Assembly (NCBI GenBank): GCA_013286365.1
Contig: JABDFY010000005.1
Span: forward strand, 6,364 to 70,363
Source: Alphaproteobacteria bacterium
GTDB taxonomy: Bacteria > Pseudomonadota > Alphaproteobacteria > UBA9219
Direction: 5' to 3'
Length of the DNA: 64,000 nucleotides
The translations under genes and the position numbers were made by a program. The notes under the pieces were generated by a model. That model searched no databases, was not told the origin of the DNA, and worked only from the letters and a program-made list of their open reading frames with translations. Positions 9,819 to 18,917 of this stretch are shown in pieces; the stretch's first letter is position 1, and every line of letters starts with the position of its first letter.

Positions 9819-10466
9819 CTAGGGTAGAACGCTTTTGCTCGTGCCAAAATCCTGAAGATCTTTTGTTGGTGCTTGAAGCGGCGATATATTAGGTCGGTGG
9901 ATGACAGGTGATGCTTCGCTCCCGTCGCTACAGGCGATGTGCTGGGCTTGCAGCATGCCCCAAACCGTTTTACCAATATCCTGTACTTCTACAGAGCAAC
10001 GCATGTTGGTGAGTTTATTATCTGTTGAATCGGTAGAATTTTGCCAAACAGTATCAAAATAAGTCGGATCGTAGAGAGAGAAGCCAAAGCTTTTCATGCC
10101 GTCGGGAAGAACTAGGTCGAAGGTAAAGGTCTGATCGTCGCCATTGGCCTGCGAACTCACAAGTTCGACAACTTGCTGCCTCATATCCTTTCCGTTGATA
10201 TCGAGATAAAGGAAAAATGGGTGCTCAGCAATATTTGCGAGCATGTCCTTTTTAAGCAAAGGAACATCACCAATTTTTGCATCAGGGGACAAGAGTGGGT
10301 TGGCGATATCGTGAATTGCGAACTTAAAATGTAATTTGATATATCCTGGGTCACTTTTTGCTATGGTAACGTCATAACGCACGAAAATATGTGGATGAGC
10401 CTGTACCGGCATGGCTGGCAACCAACCTAAGACAATCATCATTATAAAAAGTGTGTATTTGTTCAA
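9819..10466 (-). CDS. DUF1007 family periplasmic protein (paralog 2)
   Basis: Signal peptide MNKYTLFIMMIVLGWLPAMPVQA then HPHIFVRYD motif; same architecture as 5264-5914 product. Confidence 0.6.
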   Translation of the reverse strand: MNKYTLFIMMIVLGWLPAMPVQAHPHIFVRYDVTIAKSDPGYIKLHFKFAIHDIANPLLSPDAKIGDVPLLKKDMLANIAEHPFFLYLDINGKDMRQQVVELVSSQANGDDQTFTFDLVLPDGMKSFGFSLYDPTYFDTVWQNSTDSTDNKLTNMRCSVEVQDIGKTVWGMLQAQHIACSDGSEASPVIHRPNISPLQAPTKDLQDFGTSKSVLP

Positions 10467-10916
10467 AGCTTCAACCTTGTTTTGGGTTATCTAGTTGCGC
10501 TGGAGGTTAGCGAAGCAGTTTGGTCAATATCCTCAGAGGAAAATGGGCGTTATTTATCAAAATGTACTCATATGTCGAGATCTGATGAAGAACGAGTACC
10601 ACGACCAATATCAGATCGATAATAGGCAGAATAGCTGTGGATATGTGGTCGACCAACTTGATTGAGGTGGCGACCTCGATATGAATAATTTTCCTCTCAC
10701 CATTTATGGTAGGCAAATATGTCTTATCCCGCAGCCATATTGACAGCTTGTACAGACGGTAACCGATTGAATTTCCATAAGTTTAGACACATTTTTAGGT
10801 GATTTAAGAGCATTTTCGCTGGCATGTAAGTTGCAACAAAAACGAACGAGACGCGGCAATGACTAGGGTAGGGCTACATAGGAACGTTGCCTCATTTGAG
10901 ACAAAGGGGAAGTAGG

Positions 10917-11180
10917 ATGCAGCCACTTCAGCAATCGATGTCGAAAGTATCCATACAACTAAATAAAAGCGTTGATAATCTTTTATTTGCTCACCCACAT
11001 GAGCAGGGGGAAACATACTTTCAACATATGGTCTTCACACTCAAATTGAGTGGGCAGTTAACGGCTGTGGCTTTCTGCTTGATTATTCACGGTTTGATAC
11101 CAGCGTTTTTCATGACGACCGCTAGTCGTATGGTCTTAAGAGTGGGCGAAGTACTCAAGACCAGAAAATTTTCGGATTAG
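10917..11180 (+). CDS. small hypothetical membrane protein
   Basis: ORF with His-rich segment FAHPHEQGETYFQHM and one hydrophobic helix; start uncertain (10887 or 10917). Confidence 0.3.
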   Translation: MQPLQQSMSKVSIQLNKSVDNLLFAHPHEQGETYFQHMVFTLKLSGQLTAVAFCLIIHGLIPAFFMTTASRMVLRVGEVLKTRKFSD

Positions 11181-11272
11181 TTTTCTTTCTTGTTGTGTTC
11201 CTATGAAGTAAGACCATATCTACAACAGAGAGTTTCAATCAAAGATATGGAAGGGGCTGAAGAGCTAATTTA

Positions 11273-12748
11273 ATGGAAACATTCCCACGCCTCATATGCG
11301 ATCGCGAACGCGGACTAGAAAAATATGGCTGTTCAACAGACCCAGAACCCGAGGTCCTGGCCTATGGTTCATCAACTGCTTCGACTATATCATTCTCTGG
11401 CTATGCGGCCGCGGCGAAACTTTATCAGCGATTGGAAAAGGAAACTGGTCGTAGAGCACCGTCTGCTGTCTATGAGCAAGAATTGAGCCGCATCCGTGGT
11501 GAACTTCTCAAGACTCTAAAATTAGATAGCCTTACGGGCTTAGATACCATCTTCGCTGCCTCAGGAACGGATCTTCATTTGCTGACGGCCCAGCTTGCGC
11601 GCTCCGCAAGTGATGCGCCGTTACTTGCCATTATGGTCGAACTCGCTGAAACAGGTGGTGGCGTTTTGGCAGCGCTGAAGGGTCGCCATTTTGTCAATCA
11701 TACGGCTTACGATGATGTTGTCGTTGGCGAAGCCATCGGTCAGAACTGCAATATAGATTTGCATGTGGTACCCTTACATGCAGAGGATGGCCAGTTTAAA
11801 GACATAGCCATTATCGATGCAGACGTAAGCTCGTCTGTCGAAAGTGCTGTTGCAGCCGGACGACGTGTGTTACTCAATACGGTCGACGTCTCGAAGACAG
11901 GGTTAATAGCACCAAGTTTAGCGTGTGTATTTGATCTACGCCGACGGTTTCCTAATCAGGTCGATGTTCTTGTCGACGCTTGCCAATTTCGTCTGGCTTC
12001 ATCTACGTTGCGCGCCTACCTTGAAGAAGGATTGTGGGTTGGCGTTACAGGGTCGAAGTTTTACACAGGACCCACATTTTCGGGTGTGCTTTTTTTGCCA
12101 CCAGCAGTAGCCCAACGAATGCATAATGTTTCACTTCCACCCGCCCTACGCGCGTATTCTGCTTGCGCGGACTGGCCTCTAAATTGGGCGGCAAGACGGG
12201 GACTTGCGCAGGCTGCAAATTACGGCCTTTTGTTGCGCTGGGAGGCGGCATTGAATGAGATGTGTGCATTTGAAGAGCTGTCAGCTGAACGTATCCTTGC
12301 GTTTTTTAAACGGTTTGCCGCAGTTATTAACGATCGGATCGCGTCGGAATCATTGTTTTCACCTCTAACGTTACCAGACCTTAATAGAAATCCACTTCCG
12401 GTAGCGGATAATTGGGACAGTGTTAGGACGATATTTCCATTCTTGTTGCGCCATGAAGGAACAGACGGGAGCATGTTAAACCGCGATGAAACAAAGCAAA
12501 TATATAAACTTCTTAACAAAGAGAGCGGTATTAATCTAAAATCAACCGTGACAAAACGGCGCTGCCAAGTTGGACAACCAGTGCTATGTGCTGATAGTCA
12601 TGGCATGCCAGTTGGTGCATTGCGCCTATGCATGAGTGCACGATTAGCAGTTGATGCTCTTGCTTCTCATGGACGCGGCGAGGATATTGTCATTGATGAG
12701 GCTTTATTAGTGCTTGATAAAACGGCACAACTTATTCGTCAGCTTTGA
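11273..12748 (+). CDS. PLP-dependent enzyme, aminotransferase class V fold (SufS/kynureninase-like), function unknown
   Basis: 491 aa; FAASGTD small-domain motif and DACQ...GSKFYTGPTFSGVLF, matching the class V pattern DAxQ...SGHKxxGPxGxGxL with a candidate PLP-lysine. Confidence 0.55.
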   Translation: METFPRLICDRERGLEKYGCSTDPEPEVLAYGSSTASTISFSGYAAAAKLYQRLEKETGRRAPSAVYEQELSRIRGELLKTLKLDSLTGLDTIFAASGTDLHLLTAQLARSASDAPLLAIMVELAETGGGVLAALKGRHFVNHTAYDDVVVGEAIGQNCNIDLHVVPLHAEDGQFKDIAIIDADVSSSVESAVAAGRRVLLNTVDVSKTGLIAPSLACVFDLRRRFPNQVDVLVDACQFRLASSTLRAYLEEGLWVGVTGSKFYTGPTFSGVLFLPPAVAQRMHNVSLPPALRAYSACADWPLNWAARRGLAQAANYGLLLRWEAALNEMCAFEELSAERILAFFKRFAAVINDRIASESLFSPLTLPDLNRNPLPVADNWDSVRTIFPFLLRHEGTDGSMLNRDETKQIYKLLNKESGINLKSTVTKRRCQVGQPVLCADSHGMPVGALRLCMSARLAVDALASHGRGEDIVIDEALLVLDKTAQLIRQL

Positions 12749-12803
12749 TATTGATGTCTAAGTGTCGAACGCTTAGCCTACATGGATAACCTAAGAGGGT
12801 GAC

Positions 12804-13214
12804 ATGTTGATTACTGTTTGTACCGGAAAACTACATTGTGTGCGCGTCACCGACGCATGTCTTAATTATCAAGGCAGCATCACAATTGATAGGCAGCTCA
12901 TGAAAGCGGCCGGCATAGTTCCCTTTCAGCTAGTCCATATTAACAGTATGGCTAATGCCGCTCATTGGGAAACTTACGCAATCTCTGGGGGCCCTGGCGA
13001 GATTTGTCTCAATGGTTGTCCTGCGCGACTATTTCAACCTGGTGACAAAGTCATCATACTAGCTCTCGCGCACGGTACTCTTGAGGAGGCAGAGAAAGTC
13101 AAACATAAAGTTGTCCATGTCGATGACAACAATAATATTATAAGTGTTGATATTAAACCCGCCAGCAAAGCAAAACAGCCGAATACGTCAAAAACGAAGA
13201 AAAAGAGATCATGA
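12804..13214 (+). CDS. panD: aspartate 1-decarboxylase (beta-alanine forming)
   Basis: 136 aa; MLITVCTGKLHCVRVTDACLNYQGSITIDRQLM..AGI...V.I.N..N..H.ETYAI aligns with PanD (GKLHRV..A.L.YEGS..ID); has the Gly-Ser self-cleavage site (YQGS); RBS AGAGGG upstream. Confidence 0.85.
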   Translation: MLITVCTGKLHCVRVTDACLNYQGSITIDRQLMKAAGIVPFQLVHINSMANAAHWETYAISGGPGEICLNGCPARLFQPGDKVIILALAHGTLEEAEKVKHKVVHVDDNNNIISVDIKPASKAKQPNTSKTKKKRS

Positions 13215-13303
13215 TATCTGCAATCAGGTCAAATTACTGCAGTTACTGGCAGATATTTTTACCCTTATCAAGGGGTGACCTTCCCTACAACCACGGGTGA
13301 GTA

Positions 13304-15118
13304 ATGTCAGCTACTTCAGCCGTCGATCCCATTATTGACAGAGCCTTCACGCATCATCAGGAGGGAGAACTCAATGAAGCTGAAGCACTTTATTGTAAGG
13401 CCCTAGAAAAGGATGCCGATAATTTTCAGGCACATCAGTTATTAGGCACTTTAAAGTTGCGTGGTGGAAATATTGATGAGGCGCTTAGACACCTTAGTCG
13501 CGCTCTTGCCATTCTAGAAGGCCGCGGAGAAATGACGGCGCGACATGCGTTGCTCTATAACAATTTAGGCACGGCTCTTCGTTTGTCGGGGCGTAATGCT
13601 GAAGCGGCTGCTTATTTTAAACAAGGGTTAAAGCTTGATCCCAGCTTAATCGAACTCCATATCTCGCTGGGTGGATCCTTAATGGAACAGGGTGATTTTA
13701 TCAATGCCACCACGTGCTTCGAGTCCGCCTTAAATCTCGATCCTAATTTACCGGGATGTTTATGCGATCTTGGCACTGCTTATGCCCGAGCTGGGCGTCT
13801 CGAAGATGCCGTGGAACTGTACCGTCGAGCCCTGTCGATAGTTCCTTCACATTGGCCGGCGCGCATCAACCTTGCCCAGTTGCTGCGACGTACGGAGAAA
13901 TATGACGAGGCGATCATTTTACTGACGAAACTTTTGGAGGAGCAACCAGGCGACCTTCCTGTATTGAAGCAGCTGGGCATGGCGCATGTAGCGGCAGGCA
14001 ATCTGGAATCAGCGCTTGGCTATTTTCGTAGAGTACTAGCAAAAAAAGACGACGACGCCGAAGCTTTGCAGTACGTAGCAAATATCCAGCAGGCCGTGGG
14101 TGATAATGAGGCGGCAAGTAAAAACTATCGGCGCAGCCTCCAATTAAAACCCTTGATTACTATCTCAGCGACTAAATCACCACCTGACTTTCGGGCGCTT
14201 CTGCTCTTTGCCCCCGGCGCGGGCAACACGCCACTCGATTGTCTCGCGGATCGGGCGGAATACGAAAATAACATACTTAACTTTTTTCCGGATATTTCTT
14301 ATGACATCGAAATGTTACGTAATTGTTCCGACGTCGTTGTCAATCTTATTGCTGACGTTGATCAAGGACATGCAATGCTGGTACCAGCAGTGGATCTTGT
14401 CGACCGTCTAGGCAAACCAACCGTCAATCACCCTCGGAAAATATTATTGACTGACCGAGCGTCTATAGCGCGTATTTTAAAATCCACACCAAATTGTTGT
14501 GTTCCCGAAACACTCCGCTATAAGGGTTCCGATTTGCGCGCTACAAACTTTGACATGAGCCAGACGCCATTTTCGTTCCCCTTTCTTGTACGTCTTACCG
14601 GAACTCATGGCGGGCAAAATTTTGAGAAGATCGATGACAATACAGGATTGATGACCTTTGTAGCGCAGCATCCTGATGCAGATTTTTATGTTACGGATTA
14701 TGTTGATTACCGCTCAAGCGACGGATATTTCAGAAAATACCGTTATATATTCGTCAACGACGAAATTCTTCCTTACCATCTTGCTATTGATGACAAATGG
14801 AAAATCCATCATGTAACTACGGACATGGCAAACCAGGTGTGGATGCAGAATGAAGAAAAATCTTTTCTTGAAAACCCTCATGCCACATTTGGACCTCATC
14901 AATACGAAGCCTTACGCGCAATCCGTCACAGTGTAGGGCTTGAATATTTTGGCATCGATTGTGGTCTTGATCGGTCAGGGCGTGTCGTTGTGTTTGAAGT
15001 TAATGCTTGTATGTTGGTCCATCAACATAATGAGCAGTTCCCCTACAAAATCGAGCCCGTAAATCGTATCAAGGCAGCATTTGATCTCATGATTAAGCGT
15101 ATGGCGCTTAACAAATGA
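13304..15118 (+). CDS. TPR-repeat protein fused to C-terminal ATP-grasp-like ligase domain
   Basis: N-terminal about 280 aa of TPR-like repeats (AEALYCKALEKDADNFQAHQLLG...); C-terminal region with ATP-grasp hallmarks (EYFGIDCGLDRSGRVVVFEVNACM; DFYVTDYVDYRSSDGYFRKYRYIFV). Confidence 0.55.
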   Translation: MSATSAVDPIIDRAFTHHQEGELNEAEALYCKALEKDADNFQAHQLLGTLKLRGGNIDEALRHLSRALAILEGRGEMTARHALLYNNLGTALRLSGRNAEAAAYFKQGLKLDPSLIELHISLGGSLMEQGDFINATTCFESALNLDPNLPGCLCDLGTAYARAGRLEDAVELYRRALSIVPSHWPARINLAQLLRRTEKYDEAIILLTKLLEEQPGDLPVLKQLGMAHVAAGNLESALGYFRRVLAKKDDDAEALQYVANIQQAVGDNEAASKNYRRSLQLKPLITISATKSPPDFRALLLFAPGAGNTPLDCLADRAEYENNILNFFPDISYDIEMLRNCSDVVVNLIADVDQGHAMLVPAVDLVDRLGKPTVNHPRKILLTDRASIARILKSTPNCCVPETLRYKGSDLRATNFDMSQTPFSFPFLVRLTGTHGGQNFEKIDDNTGLMTFVAQHPDADFYVTDYVDYRSSDGYFRKYRYIFVNDEILPYHLAIDDKWKIHHVTTDMANQVWMQNEEKSFLENPHATFGPHQYEALRAIRHSVGLEYFGIDCGLDRSGRVVVFEVNACMLVHQHNEQFPYKIEPVNRIKAAFDLMIKRMALNK

Positions 15119-15649
15119 GTTGGGTGCAAAGATCTCATTTGAGCGCTCGACGACTATCGTCAGCCATTGTCTGAGGTCCACTATACTTATTGTATTTGCA
15201 CTCTCGCTCTAGCCGCTGCGTATGACAAATTATTGTCTGCGCCTTATTTGCGACAAAATTAAAGTTGACTTTTGTCTTCATTGAAACGGAATAAACGTGA
15301 TGACTTCTCAATGCAAAATATATCCAAACGCAAGACGATTTTATTACCCAGAAATGTTGTTTTATGGGGCCGACGTATGTCGGCGCCCATTCTTTATCGC
15401 GGCGGTCTTTGGCAGTTGGCGCGCGGTTTAGAATACCGACCTGGAATCCAATCATTTTCTAGAAACGAATTTGTAATTGACGCGCGATCATATACATTTC
15501 TATTCTTCGCTCTATCATTCAAGTTGTCGCGTGTGGTTAACTACTGTATCTTCCTCTTGATTTAGTTTGCTTCAGACTTCGGTTCTCTGCGCTCATGCAC
15601 AAACTAGTCGCGCCAACTTTGACTAAAAGTAAGTATCAAATGAGGAAAT

Positions 15650-16228
15650 ATGTTTAGCAATTCCTTCAACACAATTCTTGCGGCTTCTGCCCATCAACCG
15701 TTTTTTCAATCAGGTGTAATTGTCGTCGGTACTTTTATTCTTGAAGATGCAGCAACAGTCTTGACCGCTATGCGAGCCGAAGAGGGATTAATCCCTATGG
15801 TGTATGCGCTTGGTGCTCTTTTTGTTGGCATCGTTCTGGGCGATCTTGGATTATATGGTCTTGGTCGGCTATCGGCATGGACAGGCTGGTTTCAACAATT
15901 TCTGCCAGAATGCCGCACACTTCCGGCTCGCCAGTGGCTTGATGGACGTGTTGGGATGGCTGTGTTTACCAGCCGCTTTTTGCCTGGCATGCGCCTACCA
16001 ACATATACGGCTTGTGGCTATTTGGCTGTTCCATTTGCCCCATTTGTCCTCGCTTCTGTTGTTGCAACACTCATCTGGACGACCCTGCTGTTTGGTGTAT
16101 CGCTGAGTTTTGGGGCGTTAATCATGAAGCATTTGGGCGAATGGCGTTGGCTTGGGGTGATGGCTTTTACCCTCAGTATTATTTTGCTTGGTAGATTTGC
16201 ACGCCGGTTCTATGAAGTGCGCCGATGA
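15650..16228 (+). CDS. DedA/SNARE-associated (TVP38/TMEM64) family membrane protein
   Basis: 192 aa, 4-5 TM helices, VGTFILEDAATVLTA and FTSRFLPGMR motifs typical of the DedA family; start overlaps next gene (ATGA). Confidence 0.55.
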   Translation: MFSNSFNTILAASAHQPFFQSGVIVVGTFILEDAATVLTAMRAEEGLIPMVYALGALFVGIVLGDLGLYGLGRLSAWTGWFQQFLPECRTLPARQWLDGRVGMAVFTSRFLPGMRLPTYTACGYLAVPFAPFVLASVVATLIWTTLLFGVSLSFGALIMKHLGEWRWLGVMAFTLSIILLGRFARRFYEVRR

Positions 16229-17340
16229 CCAATATTAGTTCAGCAGGCCTCTACCAGCGTTCTCGCCGCCGCGATTTTTCGGTTACGAAGGCTCCATTGT
16301 CCTATTTTGAATATTGGCCCGGTTGGATCTTCTATTTGCCTGTTGTGTTGCAATGGATTGCGCTAGGGCTCAAACATCGTGACTTAGCCCTACCAACGCT
16401 TGCTAATCCGTTTATTGAAACAGGCGGAATGTGCGGCGAATCGAAGGTAGGTATTCTAGATCAAATTGGCGCTCCGGCATGCCATTTGGTGGCGCGTTAC
16501 ACCAGTTTCGTCACGGCTGCAATATGCGACCGCGATCATGTAACAGCAGAAGCTGCAATGTGTGCGGCAGGCCTTAGTTACCCCATCGTTGTAAAACCTG
16601 ACATTAGTTGTAATGGCACAGGTGTAAGGGTTGCTAAAGGACAAGAGGCTTTAAGACGCTATTTTCTAGAGTATCCTCGTTCGACGCGTGTGATTTTACA
16701 GGAACTCATTCATGATCCACTCGAAGCGGGTGTCTTTTATGTACGCCAGCCTGGGGAAGCGTCCGGCATTATAACTTCTCTTACGCTCAAGTTTGCGCCT
16801 TATGTTGATGGTGACGGTGTCTCAACTTTACGTGAGTTGATTATAAATGACCAACGTGCTGGGCAGATTGCTAAATTGTATCTACCGCGGTTGGAAGAAA
16901 GGCTGGACACTATACCGTCTCTGGGCGAAAGAATACCGCTCGTGTTCGTTGGCAATCATTGCAAGGGGTCGATTTTCCAAAACGGCAATTCTGAAATCAC
17001 ACCTGCGATGACGAGATGCTTTGATGAGATGGCAAAGAGTTTACCAGAGTTCTATTTCGGCCGCTTCGATGTACGCTATTCTTCTTTGGCAGATTTAAAG
17101 CGAGGTACTGGTTTCCGGCTTATCGAAGTTAATGGCGTGGGCTCTGAGGCGACGCACATTTGGGATAAAGACACGCGGCTGTCGGATGCCTATGCAACGT
17201 TATTCAAGCATTACAGGATGGCTTTTAAGATCGGAGCGGCCAACCGTAAACGTGGGTACCGGGGCATGAAATTGCTTATGTTGAATAGTCAGTGGCGCCG
17301 GCAAAAACGCCTAATGGCAAGTTACCCACTAAGTGATTGA
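16225..17340 (+). CDS. ATP-grasp family ligase (RimK / alpha-L-glutamate-ligase-like) with N-terminal membrane-associated segment
   Basis: 371 aa; YPIVVKPDISCNGTGVRVAKGQEAL (ATP-grasp phosphate-binding region), FRLIEVNGVGSEATHIWD (C-terminal catalytic loop); N-terminal hydrophobic stretch WPGWIFYLPVVLQWIALGL. Confidence 0.5.
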   Translation: MTNISSAGLYQRSRRRDFSVTKAPLSYFEYWPGWIFYLPVVLQWIALGLKHRDLALPTLANPFIETGGMCGESKVGILDQIGAPACHLVARYTSFVTAAICDRDHVTAEAAMCAAGLSYPIVVKPDISCNGTGVRVAKGQEALRRYFLEYPRSTRVILQELIHDPLEAGVFYVRQPGEASGIITSLTLKFAPYVDGDGVSTLRELIINDQRAGQIAKLYLPRLEERLDTIPSLGERIPLVFVGNHCKGSIFQNGNSEITPAMTRCFDEMAKSLPEFYFGRFDVRYSSLADLKRGTGFRLIEVNGVGSEATHIWDKDTRLSDAYATLFKHYRMAFKIGAANRKRGYRGMKLLMLNSQWRRQKRLMASYPLSD

Positions 17341-17524
17341 ATATATTATATAATCCTAATAAATCCCCTGCAGAAAAAGACGATCAAATCTAAGATAAAC
17401 AAACCAAACGACTAAAGAAGGTTGCTATGGGTCTTAATTTTTTCATCTTTTTTTTCCATCATTATGCCATGCTTTGACGGATATATTGGGGGCCGTATGG
17501 CGGGAGAGATCGGGGAGAAAATTC

Positions 17525-17770
17525 ATGCAAAGCGCTTCTAGTTTCAATTCTATCGTCCATTTTGGCGCGCGTTTGAGTGCTGCAGCTTTGGTTTTACTCT
17601 TGATCGCGGGTTGCGCTGTGGTTGAACCGGTTCCCGCTGAAGAGGGATATTACCCGGGTCCTGCGGGATATTATTATGCGTATCCTCCCTATCCCTATTA
17701 TTATGGACGAGCCTATTACGGGCCTGCCTACTATGGTCCCAATATCGGCGTCGGTGTAAGGGTCCGCTGA
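17525..17770 (+). CDS. small lipoprotein with Tyr/Gly/Pro-rich low-complexity tail
   Basis: MQSASSFNSIVHFGARLSAAALVLLLIAGC lipobox; C-terminus YYPGPAGYYYAYPPYPYYYGRAYYGPAYYGP. Confidence 0.45.
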   Translation: MQSASSFNSIVHFGARLSAAALVLLLIAGCAVVEPVPAEEGYYPGPAGYYYAYPPYPYYYGRAYYGPAYYGPNIGVGVRVR

Positions 17771-17964
17771 GTTAAATTTTTTCTGTAACTAGTCGTTGAA
17801 AAAATTTAATCAGAGATTTGTAAATCAAGGTTTCGTCAAAAATAAATCTTCCGCCATAAATATGTCATAATTTTTCATGAGTATGTCGCGCCGCGAAAAT
17901 AAGCGGTTAGCCGATCTCGGACAGCTTAGGCTATTCTGAATAATCTCGCTTAGTGGAGAAAGAC

Positions 17965-18519
17965 ATGAAGTGCAGACAATTTTTTCTAGCAGCGTTTCTG
18001 TTATTGGCGCTCGCTGTATCGGGTTCTGCTCGGGCACAAGACGCTGCAGAGCATAACAAGGCAGGTCACGATAGGTGGGCACACCACGGTCAATGTGAAA
18101 TGCTTCGCTTACCGAAAGAGAAAAGAGAATTGTATCATGAAACTATGAAGAAGGTTTATGAAGATAACAAAGACGAATTTAGTGAAATGCACAAACTTCA
18201 CAAACAGTTGCACAATGTCTTGAAGGCTGAAACCTTTGATGCCGATGCCTTCACAAGTCTTAGTGGGCAGATCGAACAAGTCCATAATAAGATTCACAAA
18301 GCGCGCACTGATGCCTTGGCTTCCATTGCCGATCAGTTCACGCCTAAAGAACGTGTAATGATCATGCATCATCACGGCTGCCACCATAAGCATGGCCATG
18401 GAGGTATGCGCGGTAAATGGGACCATGATCATGAAGGTATGAGAGATCATTCTACGGATAGTTGGCAGATGCCTCAGCAGCAGGATGATCGGGCTTATCC
18501 GCCATATACCACGAAATAA
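17965..18519 (+). CDS. Spy/CpxP/ZraP-family periplasmic protein with His-rich C-terminus
   Basis: Signal peptide MKCRQFFLAAFLLLALAVSGSARA; helical LTxxQ-like repeats; tail HHHGCHHKHGHGGMRGKWDHDHEGMRDH; RBS GGAGAAAG. Confidence 0.55.
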   Translation: MKCRQFFLAAFLLLALAVSGSARAQDAAEHNKAGHDRWAHHGQCEMLRLPKEKRELYHETMKKVYEDNKDEFSEMHKLHKQLHNVLKAETFDADAFTSLSGQIEQVHNKIHKARTDALASIADQFTPKERVMIMHHHGCHHKHGHGGMRGKWDHDHEGMRDHSTDSWQMPQQQDDRAYPPYTTK

Positions 18520-18560
18520 ATCTAATGAACTGCGAATAGGCACTTATAGAATTTAGGGGC

Positions 18561-18836
18561 CTATTTCTGTTTATTATGGCTAGAGGAGTGGTCTCCAGCT
18601 CGAATAGCCTCTCGCATACACGTATAAGCCCCGTTGCGCGTGTTTGCATAATATCGTTGACCTTTAAAGTGATAAATACCGGTCGAGAGATTGAGCCAGA
18701 CGACAGCATCAATTGGACAGTGGTTCTGGGCCGCTTCTTCGGTGGTAAATAGCGCCGGCGCCGAGGCCAAAGCTGGCATCGCCGTCGCGAGAATGGAAAG
18801 TACCACCAATAATCCGATAAAGACGTATGTTTTCAT
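18561..18836 (-). CDS. small secreted hypothetical protein
   Basis: 91 aa; signal peptide MKTYVFIGLLVVLSILATAMPALA; two Cys; no recognisable domain. Confidence 0.4.
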   Translation of the reverse strand: MKTYVFIGLLVVLSILATAMPALASAPALFTTEEAAQNHCPIDAVVWLNLSTGIYHFKGQRYYANTRNGAYTCMREAIRAGDHSSSHNKQK

Positions 18837-18917
18837 GCCTAAGCCGAAGTTTGCGCCGAATTACCGATGGCAATGATTGAGCACCACAATAACACATAAT
18901 TGATGAAATTAATGTAG

